Part shown: positions 8,838 through 17,862 of the stretch, one piece after another
How the letters are laid out: every line of letters starts with the position of its first letter
How positions within the stretch are numbered: position 1 is the first letter of the stretch
Source of the DNA: a virus
Lineage: Duplodnaviria > Heunggongvirae > Uroviricota > Caudoviricetes
Length of the DNA stretch: 64,000 nucleotides
Virus record (IMG/VR): IMGVR_UViG_3300045744_000007
Coordinates: 1 to 64,000 of that record
Strand: one strand, 5' to 3'
The notes under the pieces: generated by a model
Databases searched by the model: none
What the model was told of the DNA's origin: nothing
Seen by the model: only the letters and a program-made list of their open reading frames with translations
Position numbers and translations under genes: made by a program

Positions 8838-9128
8838 GTGAATTTGACCGCTGGACGGCAGAGGGATTCTAAAACCAAAGAATTGGTCCGCCCCCAGGGG
8901 ACTTTGGCGATTCTCGCGTCGAAGCCAGCCCCTGAAGTTTCACTGGCGAAACTCAGTGATAAAGCCCTGACCCGGGACCAGTTCGCCTCGGGCCTGGTGA
9001 AGGTCGCGGAGACCGATCACTCCCCTCAGGGCTGGGTCGCGATCGGGTTGGTCGGCGCTGCGTTGGCTTCGCCTCTGGCTCTGCCGGTGCTGAACGTCAT
9101 CGGGACCTGGAGTGGGGTGGGCCGGTGA
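8838..9128 (+). CDS. hypothetical protein, start uncertain
   Basis: in-frame GTG of track ORF 8826..9128; 5' part low GC3. Confidence 0.3.
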   Translation: MNLTAGRQRDSKTKELVRPQGTLAILASKPAPEVSLAKLSDKALTRDQFASGLVKVAETDHSPQGWVAIGLVGAALASPLALPVLNVIGTWSGVGR

Positions 9129-9544
9129 GCGCGCCCCTGGAGCCCACGTCGGTCGTGCAGGTCAGCCAGCGGCCGCGCCGGTCGATCAACGCCTCGATGG
9201 TGATCGCGGCTGTGGGGGTTCTCCTCGTAGTCGCCTCCTTTCGTGCACACGAGGCGTCGTTCTTCCTTCGCCTTCCCTCCTTCGTGGGGGGAGCCCTTCT
9301 GGCCGTCGTCGGAGTGCAGAGTCAGCGGAGGGCGAAGCCCGATCAGCTCGGGACGGTGTTCGCTGTCCTGGACTCCGTCCCGACCGGACCGGGGGCGAAG
9401 GCCAACCTCCTGTTCATCGGAGCGGGTGCCTTCCTGGCCGCGCTCTTCCTGGCGCTGTCCGCGCCTGCGTACCTGACCCTGCTCGGGATGATCGCAGCCG
9501 TGCTGTTGATCGGGATGGGTTGGGGGTCGTTGCCTCGTGGCTGA
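9125..9544 (+). CDS. membrane protein
   Basis: GTG overlapping upstream stop (GTGA); multiple TM helices. Confidence 0.55.
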   Translation: MSAPLEPTSVVQVSQRPRRSINASMVIAAVGVLLVVASFRAHEASFFLRLPSFVGGALLAVVGVQSQRRAKPDQLGTVFAVLDSVPTGPGAKANLLFIGAGAFLAALFLALSAPAYLTLLGMIAAVLLIGMGWGSLPRG

Positions 9545-10400
9545 GCGTCCTGCTCTGTGGCCCGGGACGATCATCGCCGGGTCTGCTGGCCTCGCCGTCT
9601 ACTCCGGCTGGGTCGGGATGGGGGAGATGACGGGCTATGGGCCCGTGCACCTCCTCCCGGGGATCCTCCCAGAGTTCGTGGTCAACACGCAGATCTCCCT
9701 CCCCCTTGGGATGGAGGCGTATGGGATGTGGGCCTCCTACGTCTGGCTGCACCCCAAGACTCCGAAGAAGGCTCAGGTCTTCGCCCGGATCTCTGCGTTC
9801 CTCGCGCTGGCGCTGGGCGCACTGGGGCAGGTGGCGTACCACTTGCTCAAGGCCAACGGGTACACCAAGGCCCCCGATGTCGTGGTCGTGTTCGTCTCGG
9901 TGCTGCCAGTGGGCGTGGCCGGTCTCGCGATGATCCTTGTCCACATGGTGATCCATGGGGGCGGTTCTCTGGACGTGGTGATCCCCGGTTGGAGACGGGT
10001 CTTCTCGAAGATCAGGCTGCCCAAGGTCCGCGCTCCCGAGAGTGGCGACCCCGTCGTGGAGGAGAAGACGGAGGAGGCTCTTCCTGAGCCTGTGGAGGAG
10101 CCCAAGCCGTCGCCTGATCCCGTCCACCCCAAGCTGCCGAGGCAGTGGAAGCTTCAGGTGGTCGCTCCGGCTAAGCCGGTGGGTCTGGAGCTGAACCCGA
10201 AGCTGAGCGAGCGCCAGAAGACCCGGGTCCTGGAGCTGTTGCCTCAGGCGAGGCCGATCTGGGCCGCCCTGGAGCGCCCCTCGGCCCGTGCGCTGACTCA
10301 GGCGTTCGGGGGGATGAACTCGGCGGTCGCTTCCGAACTGGCAAGGATTCTGAGAACCGAAAACGAGGCAAGCAGTGCCCGCGAAGACCAAGTCGGCTAG
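9537..10400 (+). CDS. polytopic membrane protein with Pro/Glu-rich C-terminus
   Basis: GTG overlapping upstream gene; TM helices; lies directly upstream of FtsK-like gene. Confidence 0.6.
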   Translation: MAERPALWPGTIIAGSAGLAVYSGWVGMGEMTGYGPVHLLPGILPEFVVNTQISLPLGMEAYGMWASYVWLHPKTPKKAQVFARISAFLALALGALGQVAYHLLKANGYTKAPDVVVVFVSVLPVGVAGLAMILVHMVIHGGGSLDVVIPGWRRVFSKIRLPKVRAPESGDPVVEEKTEEALPEPVEEPKPSPDPVHPKLPRQWKLQVVAPAKPVGLELNPKLSERQKTRVLELLPQARPIWAALERPSARALTQAFGGMNSAVASELARILRTENEASSAREDQVG

Positions 10401-10443
10401 ACCTTCTTCCGTCCGCCTTCCCAACCGGAACGGGAAGCGGTCC

Positions 10444-12579
10444 ATGTTTGACCTCACCAGTGGGGTGTGGGACGAACGACTGGGCCCCTTCCTGCTTGCG
10501 GTGATCGTCGCTGCCCTCGGTCTGTTGTTCTGGGCTCTGTGGGGGAAGGCTCCCTGGGTCTACTACTTCGCCCCGGCGGTGATCCTGTGCGCGCCGATCC
10601 TGGCGCTGACGACGTGGATCCAGTCGAAGGGTCGCTCGACCTTCCAGAGGGGACACAACGCGGCCACGATGGGCCTCGCCATGCTCGGGATCGGGACGTG
10701 GCAGATCCTCGGGCCCGAGAAGACGTGGATCAACGTCTACGCCTTCCTCTCGGTCCTGTTCTGTATGTCCTGGGTTCCGGTGACCTTCGGCTTCGTGATG
10801 GGGCAGGGGGACGACCGGCACGACACGGAGGAGAAGTCCGACCACCCGCTCGACAAGATCATCGACGGGGCCAAGCTGGACGTGAAGAAGATCTCGGAGG
10901 ACGGCCCTCGAAAGGAGTGGTCGGTCGATCACCCCGGGCTGACGTCCAAGGCTGTGCAGGCGGCAGGAGAGACCGTCGCCTCGCTGGCTCGCCTGCCGGT
11001 CGGGGGGTGGAGAGCACGGTCGGACCCGGACGACACCGCGCGGACGATCGTGACGACCGTGAGCGAGGACCAGCTCCGGAAGTCGATCCCGTACCCGGGC
11101 CCGTCCCTGCCGGGGGGCACCTGTGCCGACCCCTGCCGGATCGGGAAGAGGGAGGACGGCTCCTGGCTGACGATCACCCGTCCGGGAAACCCGGCGAAAT
11201 CGCGTCCGTCGTGCTCTGTCCTGATCGGGGGAATGACTGGATCGGGGAAGACGGAAGGCGTTCTGTGCGAAGTCGCGGAATTGATGACGCGGCGGGACGT
11301 GGTGATCTGGTGGATCGACGTCAGGAAGGGTCGTCAGACGGTGCCGGACTTCCTGCCGGGGATCGAGTGGTTCGCGGAGACGGACGAGGAAGCGAAGAAC
11401 ATCGCTCGGGCGCTCCAGCCGGTGATCAAGGAACGAGCAGAGATGCTCGGGGAGCTGGGCTATCGGGAGTGGGTGCCGGAGTGCTGGGAGAAGCACCGCA
11501 TCCCGTACATCATCGTGCACCTGGAAGAGGCCACGACTCTTCTGGAGAGCCTCGGGACGGCATTCACCCGGGGAGCGGAGGCGGTGCGTTCTGCCGGGAT
11601 GAGTCTGTCGAACTCGCTTCAGCGTCCCTCGGCATCGAACATGCCGACCGACCTGAGATCGCAGTTCGGTATCGCCTGGTGCTTTGGGATGAAGACGGAG
11701 ATCGACGCCGGGATGGTTCTGTCGGAACCCACCCTGGAATCGGGAGCAGCTCCGTATGCCTGGACGAACAAGCGACCCGGGTACAACTACCTGGAAGCCA
11801 CTGAGGTGGACGAGTCCGAGTGGGCGATGCCGGGTCGAACGTTCCGGCTCAAGCCGGTCGAGTTGGCATGCGTCACGGCAGAGTTCGCGCGGTGCATGGC
11901 TCGTTCCGACCCTCGTACCGCTGCCGCTGCCGGTCAGGCGTTCCGGGACAAGGTCGTTCCCAACTTCGATGAGTGGCTGAGAGAGGCGCAGGAACGACAC
12001 GGGGACGCTGTTCTCGAAGCAGCCAGGAGAGGCAACGCGAGGTTGGAAGGGATGGCCCCTGAGCCGCCAAGGGTGGAACTGGAGCCTCGGCCCGTTCCGC
12101 CGACCCCGGACGAGGCATGGATGGAGCTGGACGAGGAGGAACTGCTGAGCGAGATGGGACTGGAGCCGGACGAGGTGGATCAGGACTTCGACTTCGAGGA
12201 GCTGGCCGATGCGCCTGACTTCCCGATCGGTCCGCGCCCGGAGCCGGGAGACCGGCGGTACTCCAGTACGGAGCGAGCGGAGGCGTTCATGAGCCTGCTC
12301 GCAGAGCTGTATCGGAAGGGCGAGACGGAGATCGAGGTCGCGAAGATCTCGGAGCTGTTCTCGGAGCGGCCCGAGGGTCGGGTGACGCCGCAGTGGACGT
12401 ACTGGCGTCTCAAGACCATCGAGGAGAGGTACGGCCTGGTGGCCTGTGTGCTGGAGCCGGACGGGAACCCTGCTGACCCCCGGCGCTACACGCTCAAGGA
12501 GGGGCTCGACCAGGTGCCCGCCCCCGACCCGGAGACGGAGTCGGACAGCCCGGCCTACTGGCGTCCTGAAGAGTTCTGA
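10444..12579 (+). CDS. FtsK/SpoIIIE-family DNA translocase ATPase
   Basis: ATG after GGGAAGCGG; N-terminal TM segments; Walker A GMTGSGKTEG; acidic linker; C-terminal wHTH-like region. Confidence 0.8.
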   Translation: MFDLTSGVWDERLGPFLLAVIVAALGLLFWALWGKAPWVYYFAPAVILCAPILALTTWIQSKGRSTFQRGHNAATMGLAMLGIGTWQILGPEKTWINVYAFLSVLFCMSWVPVTFGFVMGQGDDRHDTEEKSDHPLDKIIDGAKLDVKKISEDGPRKEWSVDHPGLTSKAVQAAGETVASLARLPVGGWRARSDPDDTARTIVTTVSEDQLRKSIPYPGPSLPGGTCADPCRIGKREDGSWLTITRPGNPAKSRPSCSVLIGGMTGSGKTEGVLCEVAELMTRRDVVIWWIDVRKGRQTVPDFLPGIEWFAETDEEAKNIARALQPVIKERAEMLGELGYREWVPECWEKHRIPYIIVHLEEATTLLESLGTAFTRGAEAVRSAGMSLSNSLQRPSASNMPTDLRSQFGIAWCFGMKTEIDAGMVLSEPTLESGAAPYAWTNKRPGYNYLEATEVDESEWAMPGRTFRLKPVELACVTAEFARCMARSDPRTAAAAGQAFRDKVVPNFDEWLREAQERHGDAVLEAARRGNARLEGMAPEPPRVELEPRPVPPTPDEAWMELDEEELLSEMGLEPDEVDQDFDFEELADAPDFPIGPRPEPGDRRYSSTERAEAFMSLLAELYRKGETEIEVAKISELFSERPEGRVTPQWTYWRLKTIEERYGLVACVLEPDGNPADPRRYTLKEGLDQVPAPDPETESDSPAYWRPEEF

Positions 12580-12709
12580 ACGACCAGGGCTGCCCGCGCG
12601 TATCCCCCAAGGCAGATACCGGTTTTTGGGTTCCTGAATCGGTCTTACGGGGCCGTCTGAAGCGCGCGTTTACGCACGATCGAGTAAATGGAGAGGGAGA
12701 GTACCTGTA

Positions 12710-13093
12710 GTGGCTAACGTCACGGCCGGTCAGCCGAAGCCGGTCTTCAAGCACCCGGCCGCCTTGCTGGAGATGCTGGAGTCCGGCTCCGGCTTCGTGG
12801 AATGGCTTCGTGTCAACAGAGCGTTTCACCACCAGTACGCGCCCTTCTATGGGGACGCGGCGTCCTTCGTGAAGCTGTGGATGGGGAAGGTCCCGATCCT
12901 GGGACAGAGCCAGGCGTCTGAATCCCAGCAAGCCGCGAACCGGCTGGCTCGGCAGCTCCGCAAGGTCGCACAGGCAGAGATGAACGTGGGATACGCCCTC
13001 AACCGAGCAGGGCGCATCTACGCCGAGAATTGGGGATCTCCGGAGATGCGGAGGAAGAAGACGACTGGTCGGGGATTCAACCCCGACGCCTAG
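12710..13093 (+). CDS. hypothetical protein
   Basis: GTG after GGAGAGGGAGAG. Confidence 0.55.
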   Translation: MANVTAGQPKPVFKHPAALLEMLESGSGFVEWLRVNRAFHHQYAPFYGDAASFVKLWMGKVPILGQSQASESQQAANRLARQLRKVAQAEMNVGYALNRAGRIYAENWGSPEMRRKKTTGRGFNPDA

Positions 13094-13103
13094 GAGGTAA
13101 GCG

Positions 13104-13415
13104 ATGAACGAGACGCGGGAACGAGCTGCATGGGTGGAGATCGGGGAACGACGACCGTTCCTCGTCTCCTTGGTGTTCCCGCGCTCGTCCATCGCCTACC
13201 TGTCGGCTCAGAGAACGATCGGTCGGAAGTGGCCCTACGCGACGCTGTTCGGTTCCCGGCTTCTCGTTCTCGGGATCCTGGGTGCCGTCGTTCTCGGGGT
13301 CTGGCACTGGGGCCTTCCCGTTCCGCTCTGGGAGCTGGAACTGGCCGGGGTGGTTCTGGTGGCCGTCATCGTTCTGGGGTGGGTCTGGAAGAACCGATAC
13401 CGGTGGTTGAGCTGA
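13104..13415 (+). CDS. membrane protein
   Basis: RBS TAGGAGGTAAGCG; TM helices. Confidence 0.6.
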   Translation: MNETRERAAWVEIGERRPFLVSLVFPRSSIAYLSAQRTIGRKWPYATLFGSRLLVLGILGAVVLGVWHWGLPVPLWELELAGVVLVAVIVLGWVWKNRYRWLS

Positions 13416-13421
13416 GGGAGA

Positions 13422-14057
13422 ATGTGTAATCGGCACACGCACCGTGCCGGGGGACTGTTCCTGGGATCGCTGTACGCCCACCAGCTTCCGGTAGTGGCGG
13501 GGATGGGCTCGGGAACGGCAGTGCTCGGGGTGATCGGGGTAGGGCTCTACACCTGCATCACAGCAGGAGGACGCTTCTCCCCGGACATGGACCAGTACCG
13601 GTGGTGGAAGAGGATGCGGGAGAAGCTGTCCTGGCTGGAACACCTCCCGGGGCCCAACCCCCTCTGGCATCGTCGCCTGGCGCACTGGTGGGGGTTCCCG
13701 GCTCTCCTCACCTATGGACTGGTCCGCCTGGTCCTGGGGGTGGGCTGGGGAACGCAGCAGGGGGCGACGCTGCTCTTCGTTCTAGGGGCACCGTTGCTGG
13801 GCTGGTGGAGTCACCTGCTCTACGACTTCATCGTGGGGGCCCGCTACTCGGGGTGGAACGGTCCGCCCCGGGCCCGGCCCAAGGACATGGACCCCCACCG
13901 GAGGGGAGCGGGGATCCCCATTTTCCCCTGGGGGATGAACATCGGGCTGGGCTACAAGAATGGGAGTCTGGTCGAACGAGGATTGTTGGCGTTTTCCCTG
14001 GTGGGAGTGGTCGCCAACGTGTTTCTCACCTGGCAAATGCACGCTGGAGTTGCGTGA
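13422..14057 (+). CDS. membrane-bound metal-dependent hydrolase-like protein (YdjM/DUF457-like, tentative)
   Basis: RBS GAGGGAGAATG; N-terminal HTHRAGG motif and TM helices. Confidence 0.5.
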   Translation: MCNRHTHRAGGLFLGSLYAHQLPVVAGMGSGTAVLGVIGVGLYTCITAGGRFSPDMDQYRWWKRMREKLSWLEHLPGPNPLWHRRLAHWWGFPALLTYGLVRLVLGVGWGTQQGATLLFVLGAPLLGWWSHLLYDFIVGARYSGWNGPPRARPKDMDPHRRGAGIPIFPWGMNIGLGYKNGSLVERGLLAFSLVGVVANVFLTWQMHAGVA

Positions 14058-14142
14058 GGAGAACTTCCTCTTCTACTCTGCATTTGGCGTTGGTGAGGTT
14101 GGACTGACTCGCTGTCTCCCCCCATCCAAGCCCCGACGCTGA

Positions 14143-14190
14143 GCTGAGAGGCCCTGAGCTATCCCCCGTGGCTCAGGGCCTCAGCTATAT
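14143..14190 (+). terminator. long stem-loop GCTGAGAGGCCCTGAGC / GCTCAGGGCCTCAGC
   Basis: 15-bp bulged stem after stop, before promoter. Confidence 0.55.
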
Positions 14191-14200
14191 CTAGGCCCAG

Positions 14201-14229
14201 TTGACACTGGTCAACCAGTGTGCTACTGT
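14201..14229 (+). promoter_or_regulatory. promoter TTGACA-N17-TACTGT (palindrome GTTGACactgGTCAAC)
   Basis: family motif after terminator. Confidence 0.65.
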
Positions 14230-14262
14230 CTTCCCAAGCGAGCCGACCAAGGGGAGACAGAC

Positions 14263-14526
14263 ATGGAACTGACCGATCTGGTCCCGCAGATCACCTATCG
14301 GGGTGAAGTGACGGTGTACTCCACCGGCGTGCCGCCGGTGATCTTGCACTTCACTTCCGACTCGAAGGACGAACTGAAGAAGGGCGTCTTCGAGGTTGCC
14401 GACTACCTGGCGAAGGAGATCGAGAAGAAGACGCCGGTGATCAGCCTCAAGACCCCGCAGAAGCGGTTCTACTTCACCACGTCCCAGATCGCGTACTTCG
14501 AGACGAGTGGGGTCGATCTCTGGTGA
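14263..14526 (+). CDS. hypothetical protein
   Basis: ATG after AAGGGGAGACAGAC, 34 nt downstream of promoter. Confidence 0.6.
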   Translation: MELTDLVPQITYRGEVTVYSTGVPPVILHFTSDSKDELKKGVFEVADYLAKEIEKKTPVISLKTPQKRFYFTTSQIAYFETSGVDLW

Positions 14527-14654
14527 AGACGCTGCGCGAGTGGGCTGCCTTCTACTACGACCACGTCTCTACGAACGGGATCGACAGGATGGGGACGGTC
14601 ATGCTCTTGATCCTCAACGTGGTGGTCGCCGTTGTGGGAATCTGGTGCTGGTGA
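14523..14654 (+). CDS. small membrane protein (43 aa)
   Basis: GTG overlapping stop; hydrophobic; GC3-rich. Confidence 0.4.
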   Translation: MKTLREWAAFYYDHVSTNGIDRMGTVMLLILNVVVAVVGIWCW

Positions 14655-14812
14655 TGGACGGCCTCCTTCTGCTGGTGATCGGCACCGTCCTCCTCCTGAT
14701 CGCGCTGTCCGTCATCGTGATCGTCTGGAGAGGGTTGATCCCGATGCATCGGAGATTCAACGAACTCCGCGACGAGGTTCGCTCCCGTATCGATCGCGAC
14801 TCCGACCGCTGA
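14654..14812 (+). CDS. small membrane protein
   Basis: ATG overlapping stop (TGATG); TM helix; followed by terminator. Confidence 0.5.
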   Translation: MDGLLLLVIGTVLLLIALSVIVIVWRGLIPMHRRFNELRDEVRSRIDRDSDR

Positions 14813-14831
14813 TTCGACGCAGAGCCCCGGC

Positions 14832-14885
14832 CTGACCTTCGGGTTGGGCCGGGGCTCTTGTCGTAGGTGTTTTCGGGCTACGAGC
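14832..14885 (+). terminator. stem-loop AGAGCCCCGGCC-loop-GGCCGGGGCTCT + T-rich tail
   Basis: 12-bp stem. Confidence 0.65.
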
Positions 14886-14920
14886 AGTAGTAACGTTCAG
14901 AGATCGAGGGAGGAGTTCGA

Positions 14921-15205
14921 GTGGCAAGCGTGCGATGCGCGGGGTGTGGCGAGCTGGGCTCCTCCCTGTGCCGGATGAACGCACACATCTCGACCTGTCA
15001 GGCGTACCTCACGCTCTGGAAGACCAGCCCTGAGAGGGCGCTGGGAGCCAGGGAGGAGTACGCCAGGTGGAAGGCCGAGGACCAGAGTCCGGCACAGGTG
15101 GCGATCCGGAGGTCGGATCAGATCGCGCAGAAGTTCGCTGATCTGGACGCTCGGAGAGTCGCGGCAGACGAACGTTGGGCTCCACGCCCGGACCCGTTGG
15201 ATTGA
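14921..15205 (+). CDS. Cys-rich hypothetical protein
   Basis: GTG after GAGGGAGGAG. Confidence 0.55.
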   Translation: MASVRCAGCGELGSSLCRMNAHISTCQAYLTLWKTSPERALGAREEYARWKAEDQSPAQVAIRRSDQIAQKFADLDARRVAADERWAPRPDPLD

Positions 15206-15218
15206 TGAGGAGAGAACT

Positions 15219-15593
15219 GTGACGGTGGAAGTGACCGAGCCCGGCCTCAAGCCCCGTGGTGAGGTGCTGGCAGAGACGCGCCAGAAGAAGATGGACGCCC
15301 TGTTCGGGAACGGCCGGAAGTACAAGGTGGTCAAGGAGGTCCACGTCCCGGAGGGCGAGCCTCGGTTCACCACGCCGCTCGGGAACAAGGGTCTGCATGG
15401 GTTCCACATCCAGCAGATCGACGGTCCGGCCGTCGATGACCCGGAGTTCAAGGATCTCGATCCTCGGGGCTTCATCGTCGGCAAGACGGTGCTCAAGCAG
15501 ATCGCAGATCTCTACCAGGGGGTCGAGCTTCCTCCGACCAAGCGCCGGAAGCGGAAGACGAGCGAGACGGCCGAAGAGACTGCTGCGGAGTAG
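15219..15593 (+). CDS. hypothetical protein
   Basis: GTG after GAGGAGAG; Lys/Arg-rich C-terminus. Confidence 0.6.
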   Translation: MTVEVTEPGLKPRGEVLAETRQKKMDALFGNGRKYKVVKEVHVPEGEPRFTTPLGNKGLHGFHIQQIDGPAVDDPEFKDLDPRGFIVGKTVLKQIADLYQGVELPPTKRRKRKTSETAEETAAE

Positions 15594-15609
15594 TCAGAGG
15601 GGCCGTAAG

Positions 15610-15652
15610 AGGGGCGCTTCCTAGCGACGGGAGCGCCCCTTGGCTTTTGTTG
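15610..15652 (+). terminator. rho-independent terminator AGGGGCGCT-loop-AGCGCCCCT + TGGCTTTTGTTG
   Basis: stem plus T-run. Confidence 0.7.
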
Positions 15653-15655
15653 TAG

Positions 15656-15684
15656 TTGACAAGAATCAACTAAGCTGATACGTT
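15656..15684 (+). promoter_or_regulatory. promoter TTGACA-N17-TACGTT
   Basis: family motif after terminator. Confidence 0.6.
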
Positions 15685-15735
15685 CGCTGTGGACCAGCCC
15701 GGCTTCGGGGAGACAAGCTCAGGGAGACAGCGATC

Positions 15736-16449
15736 GTGAATTTGCCTTCGCGGAGCGAGACCGACTCCGCTGTGAACGCCGCTCCGAAGGACCACGAAGA
15801 GTTCTACCGGCGGTATCGCGCCTACGTCCGGCGCTTGCTTCTGCTTCACGGAATCCCTCTGGGAGAGGTGGACGAGCAGGTCAATGATCTGTTCGCCCGC
15901 TGGATGACGACAGGGATGCTGGGGCGCTTCGATTGGAACTACGAGTCGGAGCGCAACCCGGGGGAGAAGGCTCGGTTCGAGCCGTACCTGAGCCAGCACG
16001 TCAAGCTGGCCGCTCGGGGGCGACGAGAGCAGATCCAGAAGCGCACGTCCCGGGAGCCGGTGATTCTGAATTCTCCGGCTGGGAGCCACGAGAAAACGAC
16101 GTGGGCCGACTTGTTGGACACCGGGACCCACGACCCGCGCTACTTCGATGTGGAGTATCAGCAGTTCGTGACAACGGTCCGCTCCTATTTGGAGACGATT
16201 CCTCGGCGTTCCCCCATGGATGTCCGTGATCTGCCGCTGCTTTTCATGCGAGTGGTGGCTCAGGTCGAGACGCTGGGGCGAATCGATAAGCACCTTCTGA
16301 TGGAAGGTCCCTGGGAACCGCACAAGGAGAGGGGCGAGTGGAAGACCACGATCAGCTCCTCTGTCATCCGGAATTGGCTGGTCGCTCTTCGGGAGTACGT
16401 GAAAGAGGCGATCGAGCTGTTCGACCTGACCAAGAAGGGAGCGTGGTGA
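15736..16449 (+). CDS. putative transcription regulator / sigma-factor-like protein (tentative)
   Basis: GTG after CAGGGAGACAGCGA; region-2-like EFYRRYRAYVRRLLL and C-terminal HTH-like segment. Confidence 0.5.
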   Translation: MNLPSRSETDSAVNAAPKDHEEFYRRYRAYVRRLLLLHGIPLGEVDEQVNDLFARWMTTGMLGRFDWNYESERNPGEKARFEPYLSQHVKLAARGRREQIQKRTSREPVILNSPAGSHEKTTWADLLDTGTHDPRYFDVEYQQFVTTVRSYLETIPRRSPMDVRDLPLLFMRVVAQVETLGRIDKHLLMEGPWEPHKERGEWKTTISSSVIRNWLVALREYVKEAIELFDLTKKGAW

Positions 16450-16450
16450 G

Positions 16451-16615
16451 ATGCAGTACGTGTATCGGCAGTCCGGAGACGAGACTCGGTTGGTGTGTTG
16501 TGACGACGATGGTGTCGATCACCCCGTCGCACTCGACGTTTCCGCGCTGTCCGAATCCGATCGGGAGGGCATTCAAACCGAGTTGAACACCCTCCTGGGA
16601 ATGACGGGATTCTGA
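16451..16615 (+). CDS. small hypothetical protein (54 aa)
   Basis: ATG after AAGGGAGCG; stop overlaps next GTG. Confidence 0.4.
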   Translation: MQYVYRQSGDETRLVCCDDDGVDHPVALDVSALSESDREGIQTELNTLLGMTGF

Positions 16616-17425
16616 GTGGTCTTCGGTCATCAGTTCGTCAGAGCGTCGTTGGAGAGAAACCTCCCACCCGTGACGCTGCTTCGGGGCCCGGTCTCAGTGG
16701 GGAAGTGGACGCTGGGGGAGTACCTCCTCCAGCATCACAAGGCCAAGCCATACGACACCTTGAAGATCGAGCACCTGAGCATCGAGGCCGTGCGAGAGCT
16801 GCATCGCTTCATGTCGAGGGCCCCGTTCGGGGAGTTCAAGTTCGCCTTGGTTCGGTTGGACAAGGCTCCTGAGGCCAGCATGAACGCGCTCCTCAAGTTG
16901 TTGGAGGAGCCGCCTCGGTGGGGGAAGTTCATCCTCGTCAGCTCCGGCCGCCCCCTCGACACGATCACGTCCCGCTCGCAGGTGCATCTTCTCGGCCTGC
17001 TCGAAGGCGAGGACATGGAGAAGGTGTTGGAGTCCCTGGACGTCCCGAAGGACTCCATCCCGGACCTGGTGGCGCTGTCGAGGGGGCAGGTCGCACCGCT
17101 CCTGGCTGTCGGGGGTGTGGACAAGGCCAGGGCCCTGTGCATGACCGTCCTCAAGGCGATCAAGGACGGGGACCAAGAGCTGTTGGACAAGGCTGCCCAG
17201 TCCTGGGATGCGACCGCGCATGAACTCCTGCGCCGATGGTGTGTAGAGGCAACGACAGGGAGATGGGGAGTGTTCGCCGGGACCGAGACCTTCGGTCTGG
17301 TGGAAGGCGATCCCCCCACCTTCCCGGTGAAGTTGCTGGCTGCGCTTCGGGTGGAAGCGAGAGCGAAGTTGGCGCTCAGAGCGTGTGTGGGTCCTCTGGT
17401 GGAAGCGAAGAGAGTGGGTGGGTGA
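16616..17425 (+). CDS. AAA+ clamp-loader subunit, DNA pol III delta'-like
   Basis: LLRGPVSVGKWTLGEYL P-loop-like; ALLKLLEEPP motif typical of HolB/DnaX family. Confidence 0.6.
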   Translation: MVFGHQFVRASLERNLPPVTLLRGPVSVGKWTLGEYLLQHHKAKPYDTLKIEHLSIEAVRELHRFMSRAPFGEFKFALVRLDKAPEASMNALLKLLEEPPRWGKFILVSSGRPLDTITSRSQVHLLGLLEGEDMEKVLESLDVPKDSIPDLVALSRGQVAPLLAVGGVDKARALCMTVLKAIKDGDQELLDKAAQSWDATAHELLRRWCVEATTGRWGVFAGTETFGLVEGDPPTFPVKLLAALRVEARAKLALRACVGPLVEAKRVGG

Positions 17426-17586
17426 TGTCGAAGCTGGTCTCGGTGATCGTCTTCTGCCCGTGCTGCTGTTCGAACATCGATCTGATCGAGGCAGACGGGA
17501 CGGACGTCGAGGTGAGCTGTGAGTGTGGGCAGACCTGGACGATGAAGCTGGACGAGGAGAGGCTCCTCGCCAACGGGATGCACTGA
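17425..17586 (+). CDS. zinc-ribbon protein
   Basis: ATG overlapping stop (GTGATG); CPCC...CEC motifs. Confidence 0.5.
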   Translation: MSKLVSVIVFCPCCCSNIDLIEADGTDVEVSCECGQTWTMKLDEERLLANGMH

Positions 17587-17816
17587 TGGGTCTGTTCGAT
17601 CAAGAGCGGCATCCCTCGGCCGACTGGGATCTGACGACTCGTCCGTTCAAGTCGAAGTTCGGGGGAGGGTCGTGTATCGCTTCGGGGGATCACCCGATCG
17701 AGAGAGGTGACTGGATCGCGATGGGGCGTCCCGTCGATCAGCCGATGTCGCCGCGTCGGGGCCCGCTCTGCGCCGACTGCACTACCCGGATCCAGAAACG
17801 GAAGAAGAGTGGCTAA
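17586..17816 (+). CDS. hypothetical protein
   Basis: ATG overlapping stop (TGATG). Confidence 0.5.
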   Translation: MGLFDQERHPSADWDLTTRPFKSKFGGGSCIASGDHPIERGDWIAMGRPVDQPMSPRRGPLCADCTTRIQKRKKSG

Positions 17817-17862
17817 CTACCATCAGTGGAGACGTGCCGCAGAGGGTGGGACCGTCAAGAGG

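Noticed and set aside
10467-11804. Alternative-frame + ORF (445 aa) inside the FtsK-like gene
   Set aside because: It shares the region with a frame containing Walker A and coherent domains; its own translation is low-complexity.
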